Positions 1 to 10,235 of a stretch of DNA of 33,210 bases are shown in pieces. Below the pieces are notes generated by a model that was not told where the DNA came from, ran no database searches, and worked only from the letters and a program-made list of their open reading frames with translations. The stretch spans positions 1-33,210 of the forward strand of contig NW_021829585.1 of assembly GCF_006345805.1 (NCBI RefSeq). The letters are read 5' to 3'. Source of the stretch: Octopus sinensis. Lineage: Eukaryota. Each line of letters starts with the position of its first letter. The stretch's first letter is position 1. Position numbers and translations under genes: made by a program.

Positions 1-11
1 TATTTTAGAAC

Positions 12-506
12 ATGGTTGTGTCCATGGTTGTGTCCATAAAAGCGGGTCTTCACCCTAAAAAACTCTTGCTTTGTGACTGGTGGTATTGGAAAGGAATTCT
101 GTACTATGAGCTTCTCCCAAGTAACCAGACAATTAATTCTGAGAAATACTTCACACAACTAGATGAGTTAGAAGCAGCAATTCAAGAGAAACGTCCAGAA
201 TTGGCCAACAGGAAGGGTGTTGTTTTCCAAATTGATAATGCAAGACCGCATGTTTCTTTGAGAACCAGACAAAAATTGCTGCAGCTCGGCTGTGATGTGT
301 TACCCCTCCCTCCATATTCACCAGATATTGATCCTTCAGATTTCTACTTATTCAGGTATCTGCAGAATGGTAAAAATTTCAATTCCTTGGATGACGTAAA
401 AAGATACCTTGATGAATTCTTTGCCATGAAACCACCTCAATTGTGGGAAAAGGGTATTTTCAAGTTAAAGGAAAGATGGAGACGCATTGTGCAACAAAAT
501 GGTTGA
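12..506 (+). pseudogene. mariner (DD34D) transposase, C-terminal part, decayed
   Basis: The translation has GLHPKK..LC.WW..KGILYYELL, IDNARPH and PPYSPDIDPSDFY. There are 34 residues between the second and third catalytic Asp (D34D), and the C-terminus is typical (WEKGIFKLKERWRRIVQQNG). The N-terminus and TIRs are not visible. Confidence 0.92.
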
Positions 507-546
507 TATTTGGTTGATTAAAAATGTAACGGCAAGTATTTATTGA

Positions 547-604
547 CCTTGATGAATTCTTTGCCATGAAACCACCTCACTTCTGGGAAAAGGGTATTTT
601 CAAG
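547..604 (+). repeat. 58-bp direct duplication of 407-464 (mariner 3' coding end)
   Basis: ccttgatgaattctttgccatgaaaccacctca...gggaaaagggtattttcaag occurs at both 407-464 and 547-604, with 2 mismatches. Confidence 0.95.
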
Positions 605-754
605 AAGTCCAGCAGTCATCTATGCACACCAGTCCCTCTTCTCCATGCTGCCGATGTTTTTCAAGGGAAAGGCAAAGGTCGACACAGCTTCGAAGTGGTG
701 TTGGCTCAAATCAATTCTGCAGTTGAATGAACCGAAGCAACGTGAAATAAAGTA
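605..754 (-). mobile_element. tRNA-derived SINE body fragment, degenerate
   Basis: The reverse complement of 718-754 (actttatttcacgttgcttcggttcattcaactgca) matches the central part of the SINE at 7986-8318 (actttatttcacgatgctccagtcaactcaactggca). The rest resembles an octopus SINE body from memory. Confidence 0.55.
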
Positions 755-1077
755 TTTTTGTATTTCGGAATGATCATTTTGCCAGTTTAGCCAATAAAAA
801 CACACGCACTATATATTTGGTGTTACTTTGCTTCAGTGTTATTTATTTTTTACATTAATCTTAATCTTATTTCGGCCAGAATTCTTTCGTCACACTCCTG
901 TGACCGCATCAGTGGTCCTTTGCTTTTTTCTTTCTTATTTGTGTGTCTCTCCTTACTAACCGTTATTAAGATTAATGTAAAAAATAAATATCACTGAAGC
1001 AAAGTAACTCCAAATATATAGTGCGTGTGTTTTTATTGGCTAAACTGGCAAAATGACCATTCCGAAATACAACAATA
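753..1077. mobile_element. Foldback/MITE-like element with ~113-bp terminal inverted repeats and TA at both ends
   Basis: 753-865 is the reverse complement of 965-1077 with about 4 mismatches, around a 99-bp spacer. Both ends are TA. Confidence 0.85.
874..918 (-). ncRNA. Hammerhead-ribozyme-like motif with a non-canonical core
   Basis: The minus strand reads GGACCA-CTGATGCG-GTCACA-GGAG-TGTGAC-GAAA-GAATTC-TGGCC. Stem II is a perfect 6 bp and the GAAA is present, but the core is CTGATGCG instead of CTGANGA and stem I is partial. Confidence 0.35.
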
Positions 1078-1138
1078 TCTGTTTCAACACACGATTTCAC
1101 ATAAAAAATCTTGCACAACAAATAAATAAACGTACACA

Positions 1139-1542
1139 GGCGCAGGAGTGGCTGCGTGGTAAGTAGCTTGTTTACCAACCACATGGTTCCGGGTTCAGTC
1201 CCACTGCGTGGCACCTTGGGCAAGTGACTTCTACTATAGCCTCGGGCCGACCAAAGCCTTGTGAGTGGATTTGGTAGACGGAAACTGAAAGAAGCCCGTC
1301 GTATATATGTATATATATATATATGTATGTGTGTGTATGTTTGTGTGTCTGTGTTTGTCCCCCACCATCAAGCGACAACCGATGCTGGTGTGTTTACGTT
1401 TACGTAACTTTGCGCTCCGGCAAAAGAGACCGACAGAATAAGTATTAGGCTTACTAAGAATAAATCCTAGGGTCGCTTTGCTCGTCTAAAGGCGGTGCTC
1501 AAGCATGGCCGCAATCAAATGACTGAAACAAGTACAGGAATA
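1139..1542 (+). mobile_element. tRNA-derived SINE (octopus OR-type/CORE-like), full length with internal microsatellite
   Basis: It has an A-box-like gtggctgcgtggt, a B-box-like ggttcagtccc, a CORE-like gtggcaccttgggcaagtg and an internal (TA)/(TG) tract. It is homologous along its length to the minus-strand copy at 9829-10235. Confidence 0.88.
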
Positions 1543-1550
1543 TATATATA

Positions 1551-2132
1551 TGTCGCGTTTGTCCCTCCTCTCTCTCTCTCCTCTCTCTCTCTCTCTTCCG
1601 TTGCTTCTCTTTCTTTTCTTTTCTCTCTTCTCTGTCACGTGACTGCTGGCCGAAATCTGCCTTTCAGCTTCTGACCAGCGTCGTGTTAACATCGTTGTTT
1701 TTCGTCCGCCGCTATAGGCATCGCCGATAAGGCTCCTTTCCTTGCGCCAGAGAAAAAAATTTGTTTGCTTGTTATCAGTCGTAAGACACTTGTTGTTTTC
1801 ACCGTTAATGCTTCTGTATTTCATGTTTCTGTATTCCATTATTTTTTTGTTTTTTTATATTCGTCCCTTTTGCTGTCCTGGTGTCCGTATGCATTCGATC
1901 CTTCTTCCAGGAAATCTACGCTCCCAGCTTAGTTTTTCTAATGCTCGTTGCTTAGTTTTTCTTGGAGGGCTGGCCGTGATCTAGTAATCTCAAGATTAAT
2001 CAGCCGAAATTACTACGATGATCCGGTTCTTGACTGAAGACTGAGGGTTTCGAATGTCCTGTCCGTGTTTATTGTATCGTCTTCTAAGAGTTATACGTTC
2101 TTGTCCATGTTGTATTTTTCTACATACCTTAA
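1551..2132. mobile_element. Candidate solo LTR or unclassified interspersed repeat inserted in (TA)n
   Basis: It begins TG (tgtcgcg), is ~580 bp, is non-coding and has (TA)n directly on both sides. The terminal CA is not clean (ctacatacctta), and no PBS or PPT is seen. Confidence 0.35.
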
Positions 2133-2137
2133 TATAT

Positions 2138-2210
<73 letters not shown>

Positions 2211-2240
2211 ATATATAATATATACATACATACATATATA
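2131..2240. repeat. (TA)n microsatellite
   Basis: Read directly. Similar TA, TG and CT tracts lie at about 2464-2545, 6860-6925, 7375-7560, 8755-8810, 8966-9040 and 32875-33000. Confidence 0.97.
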
Positions 2241-2463
2241 TGTTGTAGAGCTGAAAAAGAGGTAATTTCTACTCTTCTCCTCTGGAAGCCATCTGCTTGC
2301 GATACCAGATGGCACACACTCTCCTACCCTGATGTAATCTCCAGGGATACTGGCATCCAGCAACAGGATCTCCGTAATGCTATGATGGACCGTGAAGTCC
2401 GGCGTAACATAGTAAATTCCACTGTCTCGACCACGGTCGAACAATGATGATGATGATGATGAT
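2241..2463 (+). mobile_element. 5'-truncated RTE-like LINE 3' end with (TGA)n tail
   Basis: The frame from 2241 reads CCRAEKEVISTLLLWKPSACDTRWHTLSYPDVISRDTGIQQQDLRNAMMDREVRRNIVNSTVSTTVEQ*. This has the RTE-type C-terminal pattern (LLW.P...D...L...M.DR), and the stop runs into (TGA)n. Confidence 0.7.
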
Positions 2464-2465
2464 AT

Positions 2466-2504
<39 letters not shown>

Positions 2505-2513
2505 ATGTATATG

Positions 2514-2545
<32 letters not shown>

Positions 2546-2756
2546 TACAGCAATAAGAAAATGGAGAGGATCAAGAGTTGGTATTCATCAACTTTTAGAC
2601 ATTATATTATGACTATTTATTTTTTAAAAAAGACAATTATAGCTTTATGCATACATGTATAACATATTATGCTGTACATATATAATATGTCAAATATAGA
2701 ATATAAAAATACCAGTAATTATTAAAATATATAACGTAGAGCATAGAAAGTAAAAT

Positions 2757-2886
2757 AGTATCTTACGGCTGTTTCAGCCAAGAGGCCATAGTGCCCCACT
2801 CATCTTTTATCCCTCCAGTGAACTGAAGTATTTGGTAGATAAGAATAAGGTACTTGGGTGTGTCTCTGGGCTTCGTCAGAGAGTTT
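2757..2886 (-). ncRNA. Type I hammerhead-ribozyme-like motif with a large loop II insertion (Penelope/retrozyme-like)
   Basis: The minus strand reads TCT-CTGACGA-AGCCCAGAG-[79 nt]-CTCTTGGCT-GAAA-CAGCC-GTA-AGA. It has a canonical CUGANGA and GAAA, an 8/9-bp stem II, a near-palindromic stem III (ACAGCCGT), a GUA triplet and a 3-bp stem I. Confidence 0.6.
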
Positions 2887-3014
2887 AGAAAGTTCATAAG
2901 ATTAAGTTATAAATATAAATACATACATACACACTTTTACATATACATACATACATATAACTATATATAAACACATATACATATATTTAAATGTATATGC
3001 ATACAAAGGAATCA

Positions 3015-3047
<33 letters not shown>

Positions 3048-3528
3048 GAGTGAGAGAGCAGTTCATGCCATCAAAGTGACGCTGGGGTAAAATATACGAA
3101 GCCCAATATACCCATCATAACTACCCGTCTGATAAAGGTACACCAGGCACATGCATCACAACCATATTTGCGCGACATGGTGATCTCATATCAAGATAAA
3201 CAGCACATGACCTTGCAGGTGGGGCCCAGTTAGAATTTTCTTCAGGTTGAGTAGCCCATCCCGCTCAAACGGTCCCTGAATAAGGGTTGTTTAAGGATAT
3301 TGAAAGAACCACCCATGTCTCCAGAGGTGAACTATTCAAACCCCAAAGAATCCCTCTCAACACATGGCTATGATGCTCTCCCACTACTTCTGCTCGTGAT
3401 CAGAGATGCACATATCGTCAGCCACTAAGGGACATGCTCAACTGGTTAAGGTCAAACAACTGACAAGCAAATCTGTGGTATTGAGCAGAATATTTGCTGT
3501 AGCCCATCTTTTATACCAAGACAGAACA

Positions 3529-3530
<2 letters not shown>
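3048..3530 (-). mobile_element. TAA-tailed retroposon family D, 3' end (non-coding)
   Basis: It is the reverse complement of about 23878-24360, ends ...ctcactc|AATAAT on the minus strand, and is flanked on both sides by (ATT)n. Confidence 0.88.
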
Positions 3531-3585
<55 letters not shown>

Positions 3586-3802
3586 GTTATTATTATTATT
3601 ATTATTATTAGGTGTATTATATCATAATATTCTTATTAGATAAAGTATAAAGAGAGGTAGGAGAAAGTTATTAAAAGAAAAATAATAGTGCAATTTTAAA
3701 AATCAATGTGTCTTAAGATTATTGTAGTTATGTAGGAATAAAAATATATATACATGGGGAATATATATATGTATATACACACACACATATATATATGCAT
3801 AT

Positions 3803-3834
<32 letters not shown>

Positions 3835-3836
<2 letters not shown>

Positions 3837-4629
3837 TATATAAAAGGGCTTAGTAAAATAAATTACTTTGCCACATACTGAACTCATTAGAAATAGTAGC
3901 TAAAAAAACTTTTTTAAAACTATTTCTAATACTTAAAGAAAATCTCTCTCATATAGTGTTTGCTCAATTCAACTCACGAAAGTATGGGGGTAAAGACATT
4001 AAAAAATCAAATGCAAAGGTTATTTGAGAACGTACGTTTCAAGATTAGTCAACTCGACATTTCTATCATCAGCTCAGAACTCCTTGGTTTGGATTTGAAA
4101 ACACTGAAAGTGGGAGCATACCCTTTCGGCTTCTTATCGCTTCTGAAGATCTGCTCGAAACTAACAGTGCCAGCAAACCCAAAATATGCAAGCGAAGAAT
4201 TTCTGCTCTCCCCTTTCCACCAGCGTGGGTTAAAATCAGTAAACACTATGCTTTTTCGGTAAAATCCGAAGCATTAAATAGAGAGAGATGAATTATAATT
4301 TCAACAATTGAGGGTAAAATTAATTAATTATTAATCAATTTCACCAAGTATTCAGTATGTAAAGGGACCATTTAAGGCGAATTCAAATTATTACATTATA
4401 TAAAAGGGCTTAGTAAAATAAATTACTTTGCCACATACTGAACTCATTAGAAATAGTAGCTAAAAAAACTTTTTTAAAACTATTTCTAATACTTAAAGAA
4501 AATCTCTCTCATATAGTGTTTGCTCAATTCAACTCACGAAAGTATGGGGGTAAAGACATTAAAAAATCAAATGCAAAGGTTATTTGAGAACGTACGTTTC
4601 AAGATTAGTCAACTCGACATTTCTATCAT
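3835..4629. repeat. Partial tandem repeat: identical 235-bp direct repeats (3835-4069, 4395-4629), period 560 bp
   Basis: In a base-by-base comparison I found no mismatch between the copies. The unique 325-bp spacer contains a hammerhead-like motif. Confidence 0.93.
4139..4174 (+). ncRNA. Degenerate minimal hammerhead-like motif
   Basis: The sequence is GCTT-CTGAAGA-TCTGCTC-GAAA-CTAACAGT-GC-CAGC. The core and a 3-bp stem III (ACT/AGT) are present, but stem II is unpaired and the base at the cleavage position is G. Confidence 0.3.
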
Positions 4630-5143
4630 TAGCGTTTGTGTGTATGTGAGAATGCTGTCTCTGATGCAGATATAACTGCATAAAATTAGATGCACCACAC
4701 CTATCGATACAAATGCTTATATGCGCGTGATTAATCTGTGTGATTAGTCACGGCACACAACAAATTCACACACACACAAATGACTACAAACGTACACGTA
4801 TATAATCACTCGTATCTGCATATAAAGAAATTTATATATTGTTAATTATATTCACAGGTATAAACAAACGTGCATTTAATTAGTGAAGAAACAAAATGAA
4901 TTTCAATTGAAGGTAAATATAGATTGAGAAAGGGAAGCTGAAGGACAGGTGTGACATGGGTGCAGAACTCAATATTACGTGAGTGATAATAAAAATTCTA
5001 GATGGACTTCTTTATTTTGATAATGGGAAGGTAATTTTCAGCGCACCTGGTCACCTCATATAAATTTTGAATACAAATAATCAAATTTACATATTTCTCC
5101 ATCTAAATTGACATACACACATATATACATATACCTTATCCAC

Positions 5144-5971
5144 ATCAGTTTTCTTTCCTTCTTAAGTAGATATTTTTGCAGTCCCATGGTGGTTATTTTA
5201 TAGTAGTTTTCCAGCTGTATAAGGCCTCTAACACCATCAATACGTTGTATATACAACCTTTCTATGTCAGATTTTGGGTGATGCATCCTAGATCCTGTCA
5301 TTATTTTTCTTGTTTTCCTATCTATTTTGGTCAATTCATTTAGTGTCCAGTTAAGGATATTGTAGCTGTAACTTATAACTGGGACAGCTAAAGTGTTGAT
5401 ACCTATTATCTTGTTTTTAGCATTGAGCTCTGTTTTCAGTATTGATCTAACTCGTCTATAATATTCTTTTTTTATTTTCTCTTTCATTTGTGTGTGTTGT
5501 GTCTTATCTAGTTCATGGATTCCTAAGTATTTGTAAGTTTGGCTTTGGTCTAATTCTTTTATTTCATTGGTTTTATCTAGTGTGATGTTGCTACTCTTAA
5601 CTAGTTTTCCTCTTTTCATGGTTACTTTGGCGCATTTTTCTAATCCAAATTTCATATCTATTTCTTTGGTAAATCCATGAACTGTCTTTAATAGTGTTTC
5701 CAGCTGTTTGTCATTTGCAGCGTATAGTTTTAGGTCATCCATATATAAAAGGTGGCTGATCGTTTTGCCGTAACATTTATATCTGCATCCAGTTCTATTT
5801 AGCATATCAGATAGAGGCTTTGGTCTTCATGAGTCCCTCTTTTGTTTGGAGCTGTAGCACTGTTTGCCATTTATTCATAGAGTGCCCTATGAATTTTATA
5901 ATTGTTGGTGCTACTTTGTTAATGGCTAGTGTTTCGAGGATCCATGTGTGGGAGATGCTATCAAACGCCTT
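5144..5971 (-). mobile_element. R4/Dong-like family A RT fragment, truncated at both ends, with an internal ~72-bp deletion
   Basis: It is near-identical to about 12806-13706 (KAFDS...YMDDLKLYA...MHHPKSDIERLY) and lacks 12957-13028, which includes GIFQGDTLSP. Confidence 0.93.
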
Positions 5972-6030
5972 ATTATTGTCATTATTATTATTATTAATAT
6001 TATTTTATTATTATTATTATTATTATTATT

Positions 6031-6656
6031 ACTTTTTTTTCTTCTTTCAAATTTGCTTCCATTTCTTGCCGAGTGTCTTCCCGACTCCTAGGGCAAAGAA
6101 ACTCATAGTATACATTGGTAGGCCATTAAACCAAACTCAATAGTTCGTTCATTTAAAAATATATATATATATATTTTAAGTTAAATTAAAATACATGAGC
6201 AACAACAGTTCTCACATCGACAATGCTCTTCTCAATACGTGTGATGTACCAGTTAAGACAATCTTTTGCACTTCTTGCAGGGATGGTAAGCCAGGGATCA
6301 TTCTCATATAATTTTCGGTTCCCTTCTTGATCATTCCTAGTGCTCCTACGATCACTGGTATTGTAACCGCCTTGAGATGCCACATTTTCTCAATTTCAAT
6401 GAGTAGGTCTTTATATTTTCTGAGCTTGTCAAACTCTTTCGCTGAGATATTATGATCACAGGGGATGCTCATGTCGATCAATAAGCAAACTTTATTATTT
6501 TGGTCTTTCACAACAATATCTGGTTTATTGGTCTGTATGTACTGGAAAGTCCCACAGAATGGTTACATTTTCTCCTTCAGTTACAGCCTCAGGGTGGTGA
6601 TTATACCACTTGTCGGCAGTTTTGATATTGTAATGCCGACTTATTAGCCAGTGTAG
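6031..6656 (-). mobile_element. R4/Dong-like family B 3' end with TAA tail
   Basis: It is homologous to about 19030-19653 (RLE C-terminus ...TGTSHVLRRALSM*, and the 3' UTR), has a 14-bp internal deletion, and ends gaaaaaaaagt|AATAAT on the minus strand. Confidence 0.93.
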
Positions 6657-6663
6657 ATTATTA

Positions 6664-6730
<67 letters not shown>

Positions 6731-6858
6731 TACGTATTGATTTATATGATGTTTTGTTTGCTTTTCATGTTCTCACTTGTAAAATGAATAAAGAATGTAA
6801 AATTGTAATCCGTAATTTGATGAACGAGCTGAATTTGTTTCTCCATGTTCTTATTTGC

Positions 6859-6922
<64 letters not shown>

Positions 6923-7373
6923 CATATCTACTCTTCAAATAACACTTGAAAAGGATAGTGAGAGTAGAGAGGCAAGTTTTGTCAAGTGAATGTTTCCCAA
7001 AAAGATGGGTGAATGTAGCAAGGATGGCACGTATGAATGACGAAGCCACCTTGAGCATAATTCTATGAACCCGGAAATATTTAAAACAGAGGGTTACCTA
7101 CTTGCAAACAAATGTGTTAACATGTGACATTATTGACCCTGGTCTATACCATAGGCTTTTCTTTCCACGGATAAATCTTATCTGCTTCCCCTTTTACACT
7201 TTACATGATGACATTTCTCTGATACACGATCTCTCTTGATCGTTTTTTTTTCTTTCTCTTTTACGATCCCCTTTTGATCGAAAACCTACCCCACTTTTTT
7301 TCTCTCCAAAAAGAAAAGCTCTACTTTGTAATCTGTCCCGTCTGTGTGCATCCCTGTGTGGCTAATAAAGAAA

Positions 7374-7456
<83 letters not shown>

Positions 7457-7498
7457 AAATTAGAGACAAAACCACTATTATGCAAATCAAACAAAGAA

Positions 7499-7553
<55 letters not shown>

Positions 7554-7655
7554 CATATATATTTGACATAAACATTATGACTGATAAAGAAAGAATGCTC
7601 TGTCGGTGTCTCATACGTGGAAGCCGACGAGAGAATCCATCTACATATGTGTTTG

Positions 7656-7691
<36 letters not shown>

Positions 7692-7717
7692 TGTATGTAT
7701 GTATGTATGTATGTATT

Positions 7718-7863
7718 TGTGTGACTGTGTTTCTTTCCCCTCTATCGCTTCACACTGACGTTTTAGTATTTACGTCCCTGTGACTTAGCGTTTCGGCAAA
7801 AGTGCTCGTTAGAATAAGTCCCGGGGTGGATTTGTTCGACTAAAGGCGGACTAAAGGCATGCC
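7718..7863 (+). mobile_element. Degenerate 3' half of the OR-type SINE
   Basis: tttacgtccctgtgacttagcgtttcggcaaaag...agaataagtcc...gactaaaggcgg aligns with about 1350-1510. Confidence 0.7.
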
Positions 7864-7985
7864 TGCTGTGAAATCGCTGAAAGAAGGAAAAGTGTAAGAG
7901 ATGCTTCAGTGATTATACTTGCAATATTTTACCACCGAAAACGGAAGAAAGATTTAAATTAATAATGATTAAAATATTCGCGAAA

Positions 7986-8318
7986 GCGCGTAGGTTAGTG
8001 GTTAGGAGTTAGGGAATAAGCTTGCGTTCGTGAGGTCGGGAGTTGGATACTCTTCGACGTGTCATATCCGTGAGCAATAAACTTTATTTCACGATGCTCC
8101 AGTCAACTCAACTGGCAAAAATGAGATGAGTTGTATCTGTACTTCAAATGGTCGTATTTATCAAATCACGTATCACGCTGAATCTCCCTGAGAACTACAT
8201 TAAGAATACCCTTGTCTGTGGAGTACTCAGCCCTTTGCAAGTTAATTTCACGCGCAGGCTGCTACGTTGATCGGATCAGCTGGAATCGTCGTCGTCGTAA
8301 GCAACGGAGTGACAGTTA
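7986..8318 (+). mobile_element. Degenerate tRNA-derived SINE (second family)
   Basis: It has an A-box-like taggttagtggt, a decayed B box (ggagttggatac) and a central gagcaataaactttatttcacgatgctccag block also seen inverted at 718-754. Confidence 0.6.
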
Positions 8319-8339
8319 TATTAATAAAAAAATTAATAT

Positions 8340-8600
8340 TCTGGCGTACAGCGGGCCACGACCAAATGTGTATTTGTAACTGGATAAAAGACGGATGTCG
8401 AGTTGACCCCGCGGGCTTCCATGCTGGTCTTTGGCATGTTGGTAGATTATAGAGGACTATTTTTCGCCGTGACATTGTCTGAAATGTACATTTAGTTTCT
8501 CCGCAATGCTGCTAGATGTCTCACCTGTATATATCATGTTCTTCACTGTACAAGCACCCACTATGCCCATTATGCTATCATCCCTGAGAACAACATTAAA
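8340..8600 (-). pseudogene. Decayed GIY-YIG endonuclease fragment (Penelope-like element)
   Basis: The minus frame reads GIVGACTVKNMIYTGETSSSIAEKLNVHFRQCHGEK*SSIIYQHAKDQHG...LDIRLL. This resembles the Y.GET..L..R...H and S.I..H....H pattern of PLE GIY-YIG domains, with one in-frame stop. Confidence 0.55.
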
Positions 8601-8762
8601 GAAAAGCATGCAGCACGGAATTTTGTCAGTGAACAGGTCATGGTCTCAAAGCGACGAAAGTATTTTGACAAATTAAATTTAAATGTTGAAGTCAATCTAA
8701 CAGTTTTGTGTGTTTCTTAAATGGCGTATAAACACCTTCCACACTGCAATTGTTTATATATG

Positions 8763-8816
<54 letters not shown>

Positions 8817-8962
8817 GAAATGAGGTACTCAGAAATTCGGATGGTTTTATATTTACAGATATTTAATTGTATATCATATGTTTTTATACATCATATAACT
8901 TAGATCATGTATTAACGCTTTCTCCCATTCTAGTGGGGTTTTCAAACCAAACTAACCACTTT

Positions 8963-9042
<80 letters not shown>

Positions 9043-9361
9043 ATGCATAACGTGTATGCGTGTATGTGTATGTATGTACAGGCTGTTCCAAAAAGATGTA
9101 CTCACTCTTTGGCAGACGATGTACGGGCTTACCTCGATGCAACAAATCCAAACAAATGGAGTGGGAGGAGAGCTAGCGTTAAATTTCCTGCATGTTCCCC
9201 AGACCTCACGCCAATGGATATCTTTTTTTTCTTATGGGGTCATCTCACGGATAAGGTTTACGCTGCAAAACCAGTGACAATTGATGATTTGAAAAATGAA
9301 ATTCAAATACGATGTCTTGCAATTCCAAATGAAATGTTCGGCAATGTTGTCGAATCCATTG

Positions 9362-9662
9362 TTGTAGAGGCACATGGCCTAAAGCAGCGGACTCCCGGTC
9401 GAGAGATCGCGGGTTCGAATCTCAGACCGGGCGATGTGTGTGTTTATGAGCGAAGCACCAAAGCTCTACGCAGCTCAGGCAGAAGGTAATGGCGAAAATT
9501 CTGCTGAATCTTTCGCCACAAATTTCTCTCACTCTTTCCTCCTGCTTCTCGCAGCTCACCTGCGACGAACCGGCGTCCCATCCAGGTGGGGAACCTATAC
9601 AGCAAGGAAACAGGGAAACCGGCCCTTATGAGCCAGGCATGGTTCGAGAAGGAACAAACAAC
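9362..9662 (+). mobile_element. tRNA-derived SINE (third family) with a 9-bp TSD
   Basis: It has a B box (ggttcgaatctc) and a partly deleted A box. aatccattg lies at 9353-9361 and 9663-9671, and the transposase frame resumes after the second copy. Confidence 0.85.
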
Positions 9663-9828
9663 AATCCATTGCTGGACGTTATCAGCTTTGTTTGGAAAAT
9701 GAAGGAAGGCAGTTCGAATATTTGCAAACACGCAGGGATGAGAGAGAACGTTAAATAATTCTAAATGACAATAGATAATCGTTTCTACATCAATTTATTT
9801 TCCTGAATTTCAGTTAACTTTTTAGGAT

Positions 9829-10235
9829 TACTCTTTACTCTTTAACATGTTTCAGTCAATTGACTGTGGCCATGCTGGAGTACCGCCTTTAGTCGTGCAA
9901 ATCGACCCCAGGACTTATTCTTTGTAAGCCTGGTACTTATTCTATCGGGCTCTTTTGCCGAACCGCTAAGTTACGGGGACGTAAACACACCAGCATCCGT
10001 TGTCAAGCGATATTGGAGGGACAAACACAAACATATATATATATACACACACACACATATATATATATACATTTATACGACGGGCTTCTTTCAGTTTCCA
10101 TCTACCAACTCCACTCACAAGGCTTTGGTCGACTCGAGGCTATAGCAGAAGACACCAGTCCAAGGTGCCACGCAGTGGGACTGAACCCGGAACCATGTGG
10201 TTCGTAAGCAAGCTACTTACCACATTGCCACTCCT
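9829..10235 (-). mobile_element. OR-type SINE, near full length
   Basis: It is the reverse-complement homologue of 1139-1542, including ggttcagtccc and the internal microsatellite. Confidence 0.88.

Noticed and set aside
2034-2056. CTGAAGA...CGAAT as a hammerhead core
   Set aside because: It lacks GAAA, and no stems I-III can be formed.
8420-8720. Plus-frame hydrophobic stretch (MLVFGMLVDY...FLRNAARCLTC) suggesting a membrane-protein exon after tttag
   Set aside because: It has an in-frame stop and no convincing donor site, and the antisense GIY-YIG-like reading explains the region better.
1996-9151. ORFs rich in IYIY or YVCM
   Set aside because: They are translations of (TA)n and (TATG)n microsatellites.
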